Shown: piece by piece, positions 62,009-64,000 of the stretch
Layout of the letters: each line of letters opens with the position of its first letter
Numbering within the stretch: position 1 is the first letter of the stretch
Origin: Planktothrix sp. GU0601_MAG3
GTDB taxonomy: Bacteria; Cyanobacteriota; Cyanobacteriia; Cyanobacteriales; Microcoleaceae
Direction: 5' to 3'
Length of the DNA: 64,000 nt
NCBI GenBank assembly: GCA_035193785.1
Contig: CP136572.1
Coordinates: 4,436,578-4,500,577 of the forward strand
Program-made: the position numbers and the translations under genes
Notes under the pieces: generated by a model
Told to the model about the DNA's origin: nothing
What the model saw: only the letters and a program-made list of their open reading frames with translations
Databases searched by the model: none

Positions 62009-64000
62009 TTACTCCCAGGTTTGTAATTCTGCTATCCAGTTGTTCCAAAGGGTGATTAACTGTTCCCGACGGGTTTCAAAATTAGCAGCAGTCCACATTA
62101 AAATTACCCCTAAAACAAATAAAATTATCCACTTGATAAAGGAATAAACAGAATTAAGAATAATCAGTTGATTCACAATATCAATTAAAAATATTGCGGT
62201 TTCCAATATAGAGAAAAGCTCTAATTCTTAATCCTAATCCGACAAAAATTGTCACTAAACTTAAAATTCCTGGAAGAATTCCGCTTCCTTGGAAATTACC
62301 CAAGGAAGTTCCACATAAAAGACCCGCACCCAAGACGCGAAACCCGTGGCGTAAATCCCGATTTTGTTCTGATTTTAGAGTGGGTTCAACCTGGGAAAAA
62401 TAGAGCACTGAGAAGGATATGGGGAGAGTGAAAATAAATATATCATCCGTTGAACCTAGCCAATCATAAAAGGCAAAAATGATTACGATTAAACTTAGAT
62501 AGGTTAACCGAATATTTTGGGTAAATTTTGCTAAAATAATATAAAATAGGGTTCCAAAGATGGCTGAAAAATACCAAGTTAATTGTTGTTCTGGTGGCAG
62601 AATAAAATGGGAACCGATAAGGGTGATTACAGGGAGAATAATTGCTGCTCTTTTCCAAGGTTTAACTGGCCAGCCCCAAATATTCCAGGGAAGAATATAA
62701 AAGAAATAAGATAAAATTGAGACTAACGACCCCGACCAGGGAATCAAAAAGTCGCTTAAATCAATTAAATTCTGTAGATAAATTACTAAACCCGTTGCTT
62801 GGATTAAACCAATATAAACCCAAGTTTCCGCCGTATCTACATTGGAATTATGGCGACCTTGGAATAGGGAATAACGAATTAATAATACACTGGTTCCAAT
62901 TGTTAATAAAAATTGGGAGTTAATGGGGCTTAAAGTCACCAAACCTAATAATATACTACTGATAAACCAATGCAGATGGGCAATGTTTTTAATTTCGGCT
63001 TCAGGAATCCGTAAATACCCTGTTAACCAGGGACTAAGAATTCGGTAGCCATACATTAAACTGGTTCCTAATGTAGCAAAAGCAATCCATTGTTCTGTTA
63101 AAGGTTGGGAATTAATTTGATATAATAATATTTCATAGGTGGAAACAGAAACCCCGATTAATCCTAAATAAACTAGGGGTTTAGCTGGAATATTTCTTCT
63201 GCCAATCCCAATTAAAATTAAGGCGAATCCTAAAGAGATTAATCCCGTCCAGTTGGCGGAGGTTTGAAACTCGAAAAACAATGGCTAAAATACCGTAAAT
63301 AATTGGGATAATTTGCCAAGGATTAGGCAATTTTTCAATTTGATATTGCCGTTGCCACCAGTCCCCGAATAGTTGGGTTGTTAGTCCTAAAATAATATTA
63401 GCAACTGCTAAACTAACTAAAGATTGATTGCCAGAAATCAATATTTCAACAATGAGTAATTCCACAGACCAAGCTAAACCATATAATATCACAGCAGAGA
63501 ATCCAGACCTAGCTATTTTCTGAGGGTTTTCCCAATCTAATCCTCGAAAAATCAAGGCTGCAATCAAAACAATTAAGGTATAAGTCAGGGTGGAGTTCAT
63601 CGGAATTTTATACAATAAAATTCCAAAGGAATTAAGGGTTATAATTGATAGTTCAAATCCCAAAAAAGTAACAGCCCAACCATCAAATGCTTGTTGATAA
63701 ATTCTAACAATATGGGATTGATTCACACCATAACGGAATAATATGAAACGTAATACCCATAATCCTACGATGGTTAAACTGCAAAACATTAACCATCCTT
63801 CTGTTGTGACCAAATCCTTGACGGATAGGAATAAAAAAGCTAATCCTAAACCCACGGTAAAAACCGATGAAAATAGGGTTTTAATAATTTGAGTATTAAC
63901 AACCATGAATATTGTTGTTAAGCCTAAACTCCATAAATGAATTTGAGGATTGGATAGGGTTAAAATCTGAACTAAACCACAGGCTATTATACTAAAGATA
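62009..64000 (-). CDS. Large polytopic membrane protein (DUF2157-like), partial; apparent frameshifts at ~63266 and ~62199
   Basis: continuous hydrophobic segments across three ORFs; C-terminal AANFETRRE; runs off the window end. Confidence 0.7.

Overview
64 kb of a filamentous cyanobacterial chromosome (Oscillatoriales, Planktothrix-like; inferred from abundant HIP1 GCGATCGC, STRR heptamer repeats and gene content). Housekeeping genes include murC-murB-ybaB, accA, folE, a phosphohexomutase, rdgB, natFG-like ABC genes, HU, bvdR, two petF ferredoxins, rppAB, VKOR, speB, ubiA, ppx and a bcsA-like synthase. Accessory blocks: (i) a GC-rich glycoside-hydrolase islet bounded by a 48-bp direct repeat; (ii) a tandemly duplicated divergent module (HTH-REC regulator / 9-bp repeat promoter / small secreted Gly-Ala-rich protein), followed by cadherin-RTX genes and a probable outer-membrane protein; (iii) a 10 x 231-bp amplification of a convergent gene junction; (iv) an iSTAND-MoxR-vWA-FGE conflict operon whose last ~110 bp look like a DGR variable region, divergent from a TauD-like/YbaK operon; (v) ISAs1, a 143-bp ISAs1-type MITE, a tnpB remnant and a deleted parDE module. 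The strongest window-wide signal: 27 of the 28 small indels I could reconstruct are extra A/T bases within GAAC/GTTC (reading GAAAC/GTTTC). That is the known DNA phosphorothioation motif, so these frameshifts are probably modification-induced sequencing errors rather than pseudogenes. No rRNA, tRNA or CRISPR array was recognised.
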